64,000 nt of DNA from Eledone cirrhosa (taxonomy: Eukaryota). This document shows, one piece after another, positions 1 to 16,334 of the stretch. The notes beneath the pieces were generated by a model. The model saw only the letters and a list, made by a program, of their open reading frames with translations, was not told where the DNA came from and did no database searches. The stretch is taken from assembly GCA_964016885.1 (NCBI GenBank), contig OZ024752.1:31806001-31870000 (forward strand). The letters are read 5' to 3'. A program made the position numbers and the translations under genes. Every line of letters begins with the position of its first letter. Within the stretch, counting starts at the first letter, position 1.

Positions 1-2000
1 GTATACAGGTGTGTCACACGTGTGTGTGTATGTGTGTGTGTATGGAGGGTGTTGCTGTATCAGTACAGGTAAATGTGTGTATACAGGTGTGTCACATGTG
101 TGTGTGTGTATGTGTGTGTATGGGGGGGGGTTGCTGTATCAGTACAGGTAAATGTGTGTATACAGGTGTGTCCCATGTGTGTGTGTGTATGGGGGGGTGT
201 ATGGGGGGGGTGCTGTATCAGTACAGATAAATGTGTGTATACAGGTGTGTCACATGTGTGTGTGTATGTGTGTGTATGGGGGGGGGGTTGGAGGGGTGCT
301 GTATCAGTACAGGTAAATGTGTGTATACAGGTGTGTCCCATGTGTGTGTGTGTATGGGGGGGTGTATGGGGGGGGGTGCTGTATCAGTACAGATAAATGT
401 GTGTATACAGGTGTGTCACATGTGTGTGTGTATGTGTGTGTATGGGGGGGGGGTTGGAGGGGTGCTGTATCAGTACAGGTAAATGTGTGTATGCAGGTGT
501 GTCACATGTGTGTGTGTGTGTTGGGGGGTGCTGTATCAGTACAGGTAAATGTGTGTATGCAGGTGTGTCACATGTGTGTGTGTGTGTGTGTTGGGGGTGT
601 GTTGTATCAGTACAGGTAAATGTGTGTATGCAGGTGTGTCACATGTGTGTGTGTGTTGCTGTATCAGTACAGGTAAATGTGTGTATACAGGTGTGTCACA
701 TGTGTGTGTGTATGTGTGTGTGTATCGGTGGGTGTTACTGTATCAGTACAGGTAAATGTGTGTATGCAGGTGTGACACATGTGTGTGTGTGTATGTGTGT
801 GTGTGTTGCTGTATTAGTACAGGTAAATATATGTATACAGGTGTTTCATAGCTATGTATGTGTTGCTATATTAATACAGGTAAATATATGTATACAGGTG
901 TTTCATAGCTATGTATGTGTTGCTATATTAATACAGGTAAATATATGTATACAGGTGTTTCATAGCTATGTATGTGTTGCTATATTAATACAGGTAAATA
1001 TATGTATACAGGTGTTTCATAGCTATGTATGTGTTGCTCTATTAATACAGGTAAATATATGTATACAGGTGTTTCATAGCTATGTATGTGTTGCTCTATT
1101 AATACAGGTAAATATATGTATACAGGTGTTTCATAGCTATGTAAGAGTTGCTATATTAATACAGGTAAATATATGTATACAGGTGTTTCATAGCTATGTA
1201 TGTGTTGCTATATTAATACAGGTAAATATGAGTATACAGGTGTTTCATAGCTATGTATGTGTTGCTATATTAATACAGGTAAATATATGTATACAGGTGT
1301 TTCATAGCTATGTATGTGTTGCTATATTAATACAGGTAAATATATGTATACAGGTGTTTCATAGCTATGTATGTGTTGCTATATTAATACAGGTAAATAT
1401 ATGTATACAGGTGTTTCATAGCTATGTATGTGTTGCTATATTAATACAGGTAAATATGAGTATACAGGTGTTTCATAGCTATGTATGTGTTGCTATATTA
1501 ATACAGGTAAATATATGTATACAGGTGTTTCATAGCTATGTATGTGTTGCTATATTACTACAGGTAAATATATGTATACAGGTGTTTCATAGCTATGTAT
1601 GTGTTACTATATTAATACAGGTAAATATATGTATACAGGTGTTTCATAGCTATGTATGTGTTGCTATATTACTACAGGTAAATATATGTATACAGGTGTT
1701 TCATAGCTATGTATGTGTTGCTATATTAATACAGGTAAATATATGTATACAGGTGTTTCATAGCGATGTATGTGTTGGTATATTAATACAGGTAAATATA
1801 TGTATACAGGTGTTTCATAGCTATGTATGTGCTGCTACATTAATACAGGTAAATATATGTATACAGGTGTTTCAGAGCTATGTATGTGTTGCTATATTAA
1901 TACAGGTAAATATATGTATACAGGTGTTTCATAGCTATGTATGTTCTGCTACATTAATACAGGTAAATATATGTATACAGGTGTTTCATAGCTATAAATA
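1..2000. repeat. Minisatellite: variable TG/G-rich units (1-~800) grading into a homogeneous 48-bp unit (~800-2000)
   Basis: Recurring GCTATATTAATACAGGTAAATATATGTATACAGGTGTTTCATAGCTATGTATGTGTT (16-aa period in the ORF track). The upstream units share the CAGTACAGGTAAATGTGTGTATACAGGTGT core. Confidence 0.95.
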
Positions 2001-2059
2001 TGTGTGCGTGTGTTTGTATATAAAGTGCCCTGGTATCTGTATTATGAAAGTTTGTGTCG

Positions 2060-2564
2060 TTAGTGTTGTTGTTGTTGTTGATGGTGGTGTTTGTGATGGC
2101 GGTGGTTGTGTTGGTGGTGGTGTTGGTGGTTGCGTTGGTGGTGGTGGTGGTGGTGTTGGTGGTGGTGGTGTTGTTGGTGGTGGTGTTGGTGGTGGTGCTG
2201 GTGGCGGTGGTATTCGTAGTGGTGTTGTTGTTGGTGGTGGTGGTGGTAGTGGTGGTGGTGGTGTTGGTGTTGGTGGTGTTGAAGGTGGTGGTGGTGTTGT
2301 TGGTGGTGGTGGTGGTGGAGGTGGTGGTGTTGGTGTTGTTGTTGGTGGTGGTGGTGTTATTCGTGGTGTTGTTCGTGGTGGTGGTGGTGTTGGTGGTGGT
2401 GGTGTTGGTGGTGTTGGTGTTGTTGGTGGTGTTGTTGTTGTTGTTGTTGGTGGTGGTGGTGTTGTTGGTGGTGTTGGTGGTGGTGGTGGTGTTGGTGGTG
2501 GTGGTGGTGGTGGTGGTGGTGTTGTTGTTGTTGTTGTTGTTGGTGGTGTTGGTGGTGTTGGTGG

Positions 2565-2595
<31 letters not shown>

Positions 2596-3348
2596 GGTGG
2601 TGGTGTTGTTGTTGGTGTTGTTGGTGGTGTTGGTGGTGTTGGTGTTGTTGATGGTGTTGGTGGTGTTGGTGGTGGTGGTGGTGGTGGTGCTGTTGGTGTT
2701 GTTGTTGGTGGTGGTGCTGTTTTTGTTGGTGTTGTTGGTGGTGCTGATTTTGTTGGTGTTGTTGTTGTTGTTGGTGTTGGTGTTGTTGGTGGTGGTGTTG
2801 GTGTGATTGTTGGTGGTGGTGCTGGTGTTGTTGTTGGTGGTTTTGTTGTTGTTGTTGGTGGTGGTGGTGTTGGTGTTTTTGTTGGTGTTGTTGTTGCTGG
2901 TGTTGTTGTTGTTGTTGGTGGTGGTGTTGTTGGTGTTGGTGGTGGTGGTGGTGTTTCTGTTGTTGTTGTTGGTGGTGTTGGTGTTGTTGTTGGTGGTGGT
3001 GTTGTTGTTGGTGGTGGTGTTGGTGTTGGTGGTGGTGTTGGTGTTGTTGTTGATGGTGGTGTTGGTGTTGTTGTTGGTGGTGTTGGTGTTGTTGTTGGTG
3101 GTGTTGGTGTTGTTGTTGGTGGTGTTGGTGTTGTTGGTGTTGTTGATGTTGTTGTTGGTGGTGTGGTTGTTGTTGGTGGTGGTGGTGTTGGTGTTCGTGG
3201 TGGTGTTGGTGTTGTTGTTGGTGGTGTTTTTGGTGTTGATGGTGGTGTTGGTGGTGGTGTTGGTGTTGTTGATGTTGTTGTTGGTGTTGTTGGTGTTGTT
3301 GTTGTTGGTGGTGTTGGTGGTGTTGATGTTGTTGGTACTGTTGGTGGT
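2060..3348. repeat. Compound (GGT/GTT)n trinucleotide microsatellite, ~1.3 kb
   Basis: Nearly pure GGT/GTT triplets. Confidence 0.97.
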
Positions 3349-3399
3349 CAGTCATGTTTAGTTAGAGGTATCTATATTCAAATATGTCCCACCCTCGTG

Positions 3400-4160
3400 T
3401 GTACCCGTATGTTCTCCGGCTGTACCCGACTGTACCCGAATGTCCCCCGAATATCCTCCGGCTGTAGCCGACTATACGCGAATGTCCTCCGAATGTCTCC
3501 CGACTGTACCCGACTATATCCGAATGACCCCCGAATGTCCCCCGGCTGTTCCCGACTGTACCCAAATGACCCCCGAATATCCCCCGGCTGTACCCGACTT
3601 TACCCGAATGTCCCCCGAACATCCCCCGGCTGTAGACGACTATACGCGAATGACCCCCGAATATCCCCCGGCTGTACCCGACTATACCCGAATGACCCCC
3701 GAATATCCCCCGGCTGTTCCCGACTGTACCAAAATGTCCCCCGAATATCCCCCGGCTGTACCCAACTATACCCGAATGACCCCCGAATATCCCCCGGCTG
3801 TACCCGACTATACCCGAATGACCCCCGAATATCCCCCGGCTGTTCCCGACTGTACCCAAATGTCCCCCGAATATCCCCCGGCTGTACCCGACTATACCCG
3901 AATGACCCCCGAATATCTCCCGGCTGTACCCGACTATACCCGAATGACCCCCGAATATCCCCCGGCTGTACTCGACTATACCCGAATGACCCCCGAATAT
4001 CCCTCGGCTGTTCCCGACTGTACCGAAATGTCCCCCCAATATCCCCCGGCTGTACCCGACTATACCCGAATGACCCCCGAATATCCCCCGGCTGTACCCG
4101 ACTATACCCGAATGACCCCCGAATTTCCCTCGGCTGTTCCCGACTGTACCGAAATGTCCC
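3400..4160. repeat. 39-bp tandem minisatellite (~19 copies)
   Basis: Unit CCCCGAATATCCCCCGGCTGTACCCGACTATACCCGAATGA-like; 13-aa periodicity in several frames on both strands. Confidence 0.95.
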
Positions 4161-4423
4161 ATCTATTCTCAGGTAGTTGACATCAATTTCGTCTCCGTAT
4201 AGATATTGCATGCATATGAATTGCGGTAGATTAAACTGCTATTTCTAGCAGGCCAAGTGCTCACCTAACGTCCATCCCACAATTAGTACTATGGCACTAT
4301 GTGTGCACTATGTGTGCACTATGTGTGTGAACCAATGTAAACAAAGCACGCATGCATGAACATTGCTGTGTCTGTATGTATGTTTCTTCTCTGTTGTAAT
4401 ATGACACTACTGTGTGCATGTGC

Positions 4424-6585
<2,162 letters not shown>

Positions 6586-6970
6586 CTGAACGTGAATATT
6601 TCTATCTGTGTGCAAACGAAGATGCACGCTTATATGAGTTCGTCTATACACACATCTATATGTATGCGTATGTGTGTGTATGTGTGTATGTGTATATATA
6701 TATATGTGTGAGAGAGGGGAGAGAGAGATGAGGGGAGATATGAGGAGAGAGAAAGAGAGGGGTGAAGAGAAAGAGAGGGGAGAGAGAGATGAGGGGAGAT
6801 ATGAGGAGAGAGAAAGAGAGGGGTGAAGAGAAAGAGAGGGGAGAAGAGAGAGAGAGAGAAAGAGAGGGAGGGAGGGGGGGAGGGAGAGTGAGATAGGAGA
6901 AGAGTTAGAAAGAGAGAGAGAGAGAGAGAGGGGGAGAGGGATGGAGAGAGAGATAGAAGAGAGAGAGAGA

Positions 6971-7012
<42 letters not shown>

Positions 7013-7075
7013 GAGACGGGTAGAAACCCGACCGCGACACCAAGTGGTTTCGGCTTGTGTTCAGCAAGCCTATAC

Positions 7076-7180
7076 CTGGCAGTAGTGGAGACCCTCTCTG
7101 CGTCTTCGCATGCATAGAACACTTCCTTGATTTTTGGTCTCTCTAGTCTCAGCACTCCAGGCCCCCACCCGCCTCACTTT
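7076..7180 (-). CDS. Probable internal coding exon of an unidentified host gene (35 aa, phase 0-0: KVRRVGAWSAETRETKNQGSVLCMRRRREGLHYCQ)
   Basis: Unique island between microsatellites. Minus strand has a TTATACAG| acceptor and a CAG|GTATAG donor; 105 nt; only the phase-0 frame is stop-free, matching the phase-0 donor of the exon at 10492. Confidence 0.5.
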
Positions 7181-7199
7181 CTGTATAATGTGTGTGTAT

Positions 7200-7233
<34 letters not shown>

Positions 7234-7322
7234 ATATATATACACACACACACATAGATGAGAAATTTGAAATGTAGTCAGCCAAACGTAAATAACTATA
7301 ATAATAATAATAATAATAATAA

Positions 7323-7847
7323 TGCTTTCTTTATTTACCACAAGGGTTTACATAAAGTAGACATTAAGGACAGTACAGGACAATACAGGACGGTACAAAT
7401 GGGCATTTATGCGTGTAAAAAAAAACAAAAAAAAACAGAGGATGTAACAAAAAAGGAAACAATGAAAAATTCACCAATGGGGTGGGGGGGGAGACTTTCG
7501 AGGGCCATCGTAGAGAAAGCCCATTTAAAAAAAAGCCACGGTGACCCTGACCACCAGGGCAAGTGCCCTCTCCCAGTTTTCCACCTTCAATTTACAGGCA
7601 TACACTCAGAGAAGGCCCATTCATTCGGGCCATACTTGCCTCTCTCACCCATCTTTCAACAAAATGCTGGGAAGAGAGCACTTCCCTCTCTACCCTGATT
7701 TTCCTTTTCAAATCAAATTTGGAAAAGTTAATCAGGGCATCACCGAAGCGGTAAGTGCTCGTCTTCAGCCCTTTCAGACGCGTCCACCATACTATCTCTT
7801 TCACCATGGCCACCAGGCAGATAAAAACTGCCTGCCCTTACCGGCTA
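7323..7847 (-). mobile_element. 5'-truncated Tx1/L1-clade LINE 3' fragment (ORF2 C-terminus + 3'UTR)
   Basis: Translation KEIVWWTRLKGL...RKIRVEREVL...ERWVREASMARMNGPSL matches the C-terminus of the ORF2 at 48450-51605. Flanked by (AAT)n on both sides. Confidence 0.88.
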
Positions 7848-7871
7848 ATAATAATATAGATTTTTATATAT

Positions 7872-8001
7872 AGCCACAAGACCAGTAATTTTGGGGGGAA
7901 GGGAAAGTCGATTAAATCGACCCCAGTTCATTACTGGTACTTTATTTTATCGACCCCGTAAGGATGAAAGGCAAAGTTAACCACGGCGGGATTTGAACTC
8001 A
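7872..8001 (-). mobile_element. tRNA-derived SINE fragment
   Basis: Shares TGAGTTCAAATCCCGCC...TTTGCCTTTCATCCTTACGGGGTCGATAAAATAAAGTACCAGT with more than 12 other copies in the window. Confidence 0.8.
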
Positions 8002-8104
8002 ATAACAATAATAGCGTCCATTAGTATAAATTTTAGTTGAGAAATTCCAGTAATGTACCACTGTTGACAGAAATAGTGGACCGAAACAGCTATGTATATA
8101 TATG

Positions 8105-8163
<59 letters not shown>

Positions 8164-8404
8164 ACATACACATACATACATACATATAGGCATGTACGTG
8201 TATAAAAATACACACATGGATATATATGCGTATATATATATATGTTTATGTATATATGTGTGTGTGTGTAGGCAAAAAGTAAACAGTAAAAACAAAACAT
8301 ACGACATAGTGCAACCCCAAAGATATATTAGTTTAACGCTTGGTATATATAATATAATAAAATGACGGGAGGCTGGCCTTGTGTAAATCCTTGAAAGGTT
8401 TATT

Positions 8405-8462
8405 ATACTATGATCATTTCAATGACCTGGTTCCGTATGAATCCGGTGATATCATCAGGTAT
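8405..8462 (-). ncRNA. Type I minimal hammerhead ribozyme motif
   Basis: Minus strand: AUAC-CUGAUGA-[imperfect stem II AUCACCGGAUUC...GAACCAGGUCAU]-GAAA-UGAUCA(palindrome)-UA^-GUAU. Stem I AUAC/GUAU; AATAAA follows. Confidence 0.72.
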
Positions 8463-8593
8463 TCGAAATATAATAAATGAATGTAACAGATAAAATCCAT
8501 GGGGCTGAAAATCATAGACCCGAGGACGACCGACTATTTAGCATCTTCCACTTTAGCCGGTCGCCCTAGCGGTGAACCTTCAAACCTAAATAA

Positions 8594-8662
<69 letters not shown>

Positions 8663-8767
8663 TATATATATATATATAATTATATATATATATATATATA
8701 TATAATTACAACAGTGACATAAACAGATATTCAAGTTTCATTGGGTTCTGGGACCTAATTCCCTCCG

Positions 8768-8838
<71 letters not shown>

Positions 8839-8982
8839 AAAATTTACAATCTGACGACGCGTTTCCTGCCTAGAAACTTTGATGTAGAAACTCCGAGTAA
8901 AGTCCAATTGCCCATTCACCAAATATCTGAGGTAACACTCCACAAGTTGACTTTAATGTGATAACTCCGGGTCCTCACCACT

Positions 8983-9200
8983 TCATCATCATCATCATCA
9001 TCATCTTCGTTTAACGTCCATTTTCCACGCTAGCATGGGTTAGACGGGAGTTGTCCCACTCGAGGCAAGGTTGGTCGGGTGACCGTGTCTCGCTCATATA
9101 GGACTATCTGGCAGGTTTTTTTACGGCCGGATGACCTCCCTAACACCAGCCACATTTACAGTGTGGGAACTTGGAACTTTTTACCGTGTTACCTACACGG
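8983..9200 (-). mobile_element. SINE/RTE-type 3' tail ending in (GAT)n
   Basis: Minus strand CCCATGCTAGCGTGGAAAATGGACGTTAAACGAAGATGATGATG; related fragment at ~39855-39903. Confidence 0.6.
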
Positions 9201-9242
9201 CCACATTACAGCATGGACTGTGTGTTTTTTTTTCTCGTTACA

Positions 9243-9920
<678 letters not shown>

Positions 9921-9921
<1 letters not shown>

Positions 9922-10095
9922 ATTAGAAAGTGAACACAACACAATATATAAGTACTCCATTACCAAATGTTTCGATATCTTAGACAATACTAATACACGT
10001 CTGGTTCGCTCATCAGATAGAGGGGTGACATTGTCTAGGGCCCTGAAACCTTTGGTAATGGAGAAGTTATATTTTGTGTTGTTCACTTTCTAATT
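9921..10095. mobile_element. 175-bp foldback element (inverted arms 9921-9973 / 10045-10095) carrying a hammerhead; Penelope-like non-autonomous insertion
   Basis: AATTAGAAAGTGAACACAACACAATATATAAGTACTCCATTACCAAATGTTTC is the imperfect reverse complement of GAAACCTTTGGTAATGGAGAAGTTATATTTTGTGTTGTTCACTTTCTAATT. Confidence 0.65.
9955..10022 (-). ncRNA. Type I hammerhead ribozyme motif
   Basis: Minus strand: CUCUAU-CUGAUGA-G...(AGAC..GUCU)...C-GAAA-C AUUUG G-UA^-AUGGAG. Stem I is 6 bp with one G-U; GUA cleavage triplet. Confidence 0.72.
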
Positions 10096-10181
10096 AAATT
10101 AGCTCTGTTCTATACATAGAGCACTCTGTTTTTTTTCATTTGCTTTTTCTTCGGAAATACTTAACACACACACACACACAC

Positions 10182-10235
<54 letters not shown>

Positions 10236-10294
10236 ATGTGTGTGTGTGTGTATAAATGAGAGTGACAGATAGGGTGTAGCGAGACATAGTGACA

Positions 10295-10344
<50 letters not shown>

Positions 10345-10366
10345 AGCTGGATGGAGTGAATGAAAC

Positions 10367-10441
<75 letters not shown>

Positions 10442-10491
10442 AGTGGAAGGAAGTGGAGGAGAGTGGAGTGGAGGGAAGTGGCGGGACTTAC

Positions 10492-10742
10492 CCTTCTCAT
10501 TGTTTCCACGGCGACATTGTTTCTACGCTCCGGGTCGAATGTAAAAGACACACTTTTTGAAGGCGATGGTTGCGGCGTAAGATAAGCCCTCGTTCCAGAA
10601 TTGACCCTTAAAAGGGTGTGCTGACTCGTGCATTGTTGCAGTATGGTAGGAGCCGAGCCCCGTCTGCTATTTACTCGGCCCAACGATCTGCGTCGGTGTT
10701 TCCTCACCGTTGTACCCGTTCGTGTTAACATAGACATGTCAG
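10492..10742 (-). CDS. Probable coding exon of an unidentified host gene (MSMLTRTGTTVRKHRRRSLGRVNSRRGSAPT...KSVSFTFDPERRNNVAVETMRR)
   Basis: Minus strand has polypyrimidine TTTCCTCTTTTTAG| acceptor and consensus AGG|GTAAGT donor. From ATG 10737 to the donor is exactly 82 codons with no stop. Non-repetitive island. Confidence 0.7.
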
Positions 10743-10819
10743 CTAAAAAGAGGAAACTAAAATACTACAGCTAAACACAACAAAGAATTGGACTGACGAC
10801 CTAACCACCAATCACACTC

Positions 10820-11069
10820 CTCTTTCCTCTTTCTCTCTCTCTCTTCTCTTCTCTCCCTTCTCTCTCTTCTCTCTAAACAGAACCGAGCGAGAGACGTATA
10901 CAGCTCTCTCTCTCTCACACACACACACTCTCTCTCTCTCTCTCTCACACACACTCTCTCTCTATCTATCTCACAAACACACTTTCTCTCTCTCTTCTCT
11001 CTAACAGAACCGAGCGAGAGACGTATACAGCTCTATCTATCTCTCTCTCTCACACACACTCTCTCTCTT

Positions 11070-11162
<93 letters not shown>

Positions 11163-11191
11163 AAAAAGAACCGAGCGAGAGATGTATACAG

Positions 11192-11227
<36 letters not shown>

Positions 11228-11305
11228 ATATATCTCTCTCTCTCACACACACACTCTCTCTCTATCTATCTCTCTATCTCACACACACACTCTCTCTCTC
11301 TCTTT
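10820..11305. repeat. (CT)n/(CA)n array with 3 copies of an AGAACCGAGCGAGAGA(C/GA)TGTATACAGCT-type anchor
   Basis: Anchors at ~10878, ~11004 and ~11166. Confidence 0.85.
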
Positions 11306-11319
11306 CTGTGCATGTGTGT

Positions 11320-11822
11320 ATGTGTGTACAGCTGTACATGTGTAAACCTGTACCTGTATATGTATGTCTACATGTGCATGTGTGTGTATGTGTGTAAGTC
11401 AGAACATTTGTAGACCTGTACTTGTGCATGTATGTCTGTGTATGTATGTGTGTGTGTGTATGTGTGTATGGGTGTACGTGTGTACGGCTGTACATTTGCA
11501 AACCTGCGCGTGTATATGTATGTATGTGTGTGTATGTGTGTATGTGTGTATGTGTACGGCTGTACATTTGCAAACCTGCGCGTGTATATGTATGTATGTG
11601 TGTGTATGTGTGTATGTGTGTATGTGTACAGCTGTACATTTGCAAACCTGCGCGTGTATATGTATGTATGTGTGTGTATGTGTGTATGTGTGTATGTGTA
11701 CAGCTGTACATTTGCAAACCTGCGCGTGTATATGTATGTATGTGTGTGTATGTGTGTATGTGTGTATGTGTACAGCTGTACATTTGCAAACCTGCGCGTG
11801 TATATGTATGTGTATGTGTGTA

Positions 11823-11853
<31 letters not shown>

Positions 11854-12760
11854 GTATGTGTACAGCTATACATTTGCAAACCTGCGCGTGTATATGTATG
11901 TATGTGTATGTATGTATGTGTATGTGTGTATGTGTATGTGTGTATGTGTATGTGTATGTGTGTATGTGTGTATGTGTACAGCTGTACATTTGCAAACCTG
12001 CGCGTGTATATGTATGTATGTGTATGTGTGTATGTGTGTGTGTGTATGTGTACAGCTGTACATTTGCAAACCTGCGCGTGTATATGTATGTATGTGTATG
12101 TGTGTATGTATGTGTGTGTATGTGTATGTGTGTATGTATGTATGTGTATGTGTGTATGTGTATGTGTGTATGTGTGTACGGCTGTACATTAGCAATCCTG
12201 CGCGTGTATATGTATGTATGTGTGTATGTATGTGTGTGTATGTGTGTATGTGTATGTGTGTATGTGTGTGTATGTGTGTATGTGTATGTATGTGTGTGTA
12301 TGTGTGTATGTGTACAGCTGTACATTTGTAAACCTGTACGTGTGCATGCATGTCTATACGTGTACGTGTGTAGGTGTGTAGGTGTGTCTGTGTGTATGTG
12401 TGTACGTGCGTGCGACTGTACATTTTCAAACCTGTGCGTGTAAGTTCACGTCTGTACGTGTTTATGTTTGTACGTGTGTATGTGTGTGTGTGTGTGTATG
12501 TGTATGTGTGTATGTATATGTGTACAGCTGTACATTTGCAAACTTGTGCGTGTCCATGTATGTGCATGTGTGTACGTGTGTGTACGTGTGTATATGTGTG
12601 TGTATGTGTGTATGTATGTACGTGTGTATGTGTGTGCGGCTGTACATTTGCAAACCTGTGCGTGTGTGTGAGTAGGTGTGTACGTGTGGATGTGCGTACG
12701 GGTGTATGTGTGTATATGTGTACGCGTGTATGTGTGTACGGCTGTACGTGTACGAGTATG
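11320..12760. repeat. TG-rich minisatellite anchored by TACAGCTGTACATTTGCAAACCTGCGCG
   Basis: Anchor repeated more than 12 times with variable (TGTA/TG)n spacers. Confidence 0.93.
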
Positions 12761-13800
12761 CCTAAGCGTGTGTGTGTGTGTGTATGTAAGCATATAATTG
12801 TGTGTGTATGTATGCGTATGATCGTGTGTGTGTGTGTGTGTAAGCATATTATTATGTGTGTGCATGTATGCGTATGTGTGTGTAAGCATATAATTGTGTG
12901 TGTGTATGTATGCGTATGATCGTGTCTGTGTGTGTGTGTTGTTCGTGCATGTATGTTTATTTATACAAGTATGTTTCTTTTAACCTGTTTGTGGGAGTAA
13001 CATTGTATATACACAGACATGCTATACACATATGCTTCTGCGTTTATATGTATGTATATGTACATGGTGCGTATATATATATATATAATATATATATATA
13101 ATATGTATATATAATATATATATATATAGATATAGATATTATATAGATATATAGATATATAGATATATAGATAGATAGATAGATATAGATATATAGATAT
13201 ATATAGATATATAGATATATATATTATAAATATATATAGATATATAGATAGAAATAGATATATAGATATATAGATATCGATATATATATATAGATATATA
13301 GATATATATAGATATATAGATATATATATTATAAATATATATAGATAGAAATAGATATATAGATATAGATATATATATATATAGATATATAGATAGATAG
13401 ATATGTGTTTCTCCGGTCTATATATTACTTTTAAGTATATATACTGTATATATACAAGTGCTCATGTGTATATATATATATATATATAAGAGATATGCTT
13501 CTATATACATACATATGCTTCAGTGTATTTGTGTATGTGTATGTATATGTATATATGTGTCTTTCTCTCGTCTATATATTACTTTTTTGTATATACGAGT
13601 ATATAGAAACTTCCCATGTGTGTATAATATATATATATATATACACACATATATATATATATATATATATTTATATATTTTCCTCTGATGTTCCTGCAGG
13701 TTTGTTTATATCAATCTGTTTGGTTGTTTGCATTGACATGTTGTGTGTGTGTATGTGTGTGTGCCTGTGTATGTGTGTATGCATGTGTGTTTCTGTGCGC

Positions 13801-13841
<41 letters not shown>

Positions 13842-13844
13842 TGT

Positions 13845-13875
<31 letters not shown>

Positions 13876-14084
13876 ATGTGTGTCTGTTGTGTGTGTGTGT
13901 GTGTGTCTGTGTGTGTGTGTGTGTATGTGTGTCTGTTGTGTGTGTGTGTGTATGTGTTTCTGTGTTTTTGTGGGTGTATGTGTGTGTCTGTGTGTGTGTG
14001 TGTGTCTGTGTATGTATGTGTATCTGTGAGTGTCTGTGTGTGTGTGTCTGTGTGTGTATGTGTATGTATGTGTGTGTGTATGTG

Positions 14085-14119
<35 letters not shown>

Positions 14120-14556
14120 CTGTGTATGTCTGTGTGTGTGTGTTTGTGTATGTATGTGTGTCTGTGTATGTATGTGTGTCTGTGTATGTATGTCTGTGTG
14201 TGTGTGTATGTGTGTGTATATGTATGTCTGTGTATGTATGTCTGTGTCTGTGTATGTGTGTCTGTGGATGTATGTATGTCTGTGTATGTATGTATGTATG
14301 TTTGTATGTGTGTGTGCATATATGCCCATATTCTCATATGAATCTATGTATGCTTGGATATGCATCTCTCTCTATGTGTGTGTGTGTGTGTGTGTGTGTC
14401 AGAGTGTGTGTGTGTGTGTGTGTCTGTGTGTGTCAGAGTGGGTGCGCACATGAGTATATGTGTGTGCGTAGGTGTATAATCTTTGGATGTGGGTGTGCCG
14501 GAATGTCATTTCTTTACACGTATGTTTAGGTTTATAAATCACTGTGATTGTGTATG

Positions 14557-14683
<127 letters not shown>

Positions 14684-14689
14684 AAAACA

Positions 14690-15350
14690 TGAAACGAAAT
14701 TTCATTTCCCACTCTTAGTACGGCTGATACTTAAATATAAGTATGAATACGTACATACATATATGTATACAGACGTACAGTAGTAGTATGTATATGTATA
14801 TACATACATGCACACATATATACATGTACGTATGGATTCACCGAATATTTATTATAATGTTCGGTTTGTTTGTAAACAAACATCCCGAATTAAGCCGTAC
14901 AGTGTTCAGGCAACCATCGTTGCCCTTTTGTTCAACACTGACAAAGGAACGATGTACTAGTTTCAAGCTTATTAGCTATCGTCAGCATCGTATACCTTTC
15001 TGTCAGATGATTGAACGTCTGAAAGTATATACTTTCCCTATGCATATTAACCGCTGAGCAGCCTAATTTGCATATCGAGTGAGTTAGTCGGCCGGGCGTA
15101 CCGAAAACGATAAATGGAATAGAATGAAATGAAATTTTATTTCTCACTCTTAGTACGGCTGTTACTTATATATAAGTATGCTAAACACTGTAGGGCTTAA
15201 TTCGGGCTGTTTGTTTACAAACAAACCGAGCATTATAATAAATATTCGGTAAACCCATACGTACATAATATATGTGTGCATGTATGTATATATATACATA
15301 CTACTGTACGTCTGTATACATATATGCATGTAAGTATGCATACGTATATA
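14690..15350. repeat. Composite direct/inverted repeat element
   Basis: GAAATTTCATTTCYCACTCTTAGTACGGCTGATACTTA..TATAAGTATG is direct at ~14696, ~15131 and ~23343. 14745-14910 is inverted relative to 15180-15350. Confidence 0.75.
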
Positions 15351-15551
15351 TATATATATATATACACACACACATTCACAGTATATATATATATATATAT
15401 ATAATGGAATATATATGTGTGCATGTATGTATATATATACATACTACTGTATGTCTGTATACATATATGTATGTACGTATACATACGTATATATATATAT
15501 ATATACACACACATTCACAGTATATATATATATATATATTATATATATATA

Positions 15552-15650
<99 letters not shown>

Positions 15651-15719
15651 TATATATATAATGGAATATATATGTGTGCATGTACGTCTGTATACATATA
15701 TGTATGTACGTATACATAC

Positions 15720-15776
<57 letters not shown>

Positions 15777-15848
15777 TTCACAGTATATATATATATACAC
15801 ACACACACATTCACATATATATATAATGGAAGAATACTCCATCTCTCT

Positions 15849-15894
<46 letters not shown>

Positions 15895-15934
15895 AAACGA
15901 AAAATCAGTGATGCATCTGAACTCAATTTATTGT

Positions 15935-15972
15935 GCGTTACAGTTGTTTCGCCGGCGGACAGCTCGAGACGC
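15935..15972 (-). ncRNA. Degenerate type I hammerhead (2-nt deletion in core)
   Basis: Minus strand GCGU-CU[--]CGA-GCUG UCCGC CGGC-GAAA-C AACU G-UA^-ACGC, then AATAAA. Stems intact; core CUGACGA lacks GA. Confidence 0.5.
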
Positions 15973-16334
15973 GATCATTGTGTGGATCTGTCTGATTCTG
16001 GAACGGCAGGTTCGACGGATATACTCTCTTACATGCATGTATATATATATATACATGCATGTAAGGGAGTATGTATGTATGTACGTATAATCATGTATAT
16101 CTATGTAAATACGTACATGTGGGAGTATGGGTGGCAGTATATGCATATATGCAGCAGAAAAAAACAAAACCTGACAAAGGGCGGAAGAACTCATAAGATT
16201 CAGCGGCCATCCAAAAGTGTGTAAATATGTATATACACATGTACATATGTATGTATATGTATATGTGTATATACATGGGTGCATGTGTATGTGTATGTAT
16301 ATGTGTATATGCATGGGTGCATGTGTAGGTATAT

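Noticed and set aside
397-4176. 1259-aa ORF and the overlapping poly-V/L, poly-Q/H and YPPAVPDY ORFs
   Set aside because: Built entirely from three stop-free tandem repeats (48-bp, GGT/GTT, 39-bp) that are open in multiple frames and strands; no domain signal.
4260-4372. Possible third exon (AG|GTGAGC donor near 4265)
   Set aside because: The phase-0 frame hits a stop, and the adjacent sequence resembles a repeat also seen at ~25150.
7070-7095. ATACCTGGCAG resembles the U1 snRNA 5' end
   Set aside because: The rest of U1 is absent. It is better explained as the reverse complement of a splice donor (CAG|GTAT).
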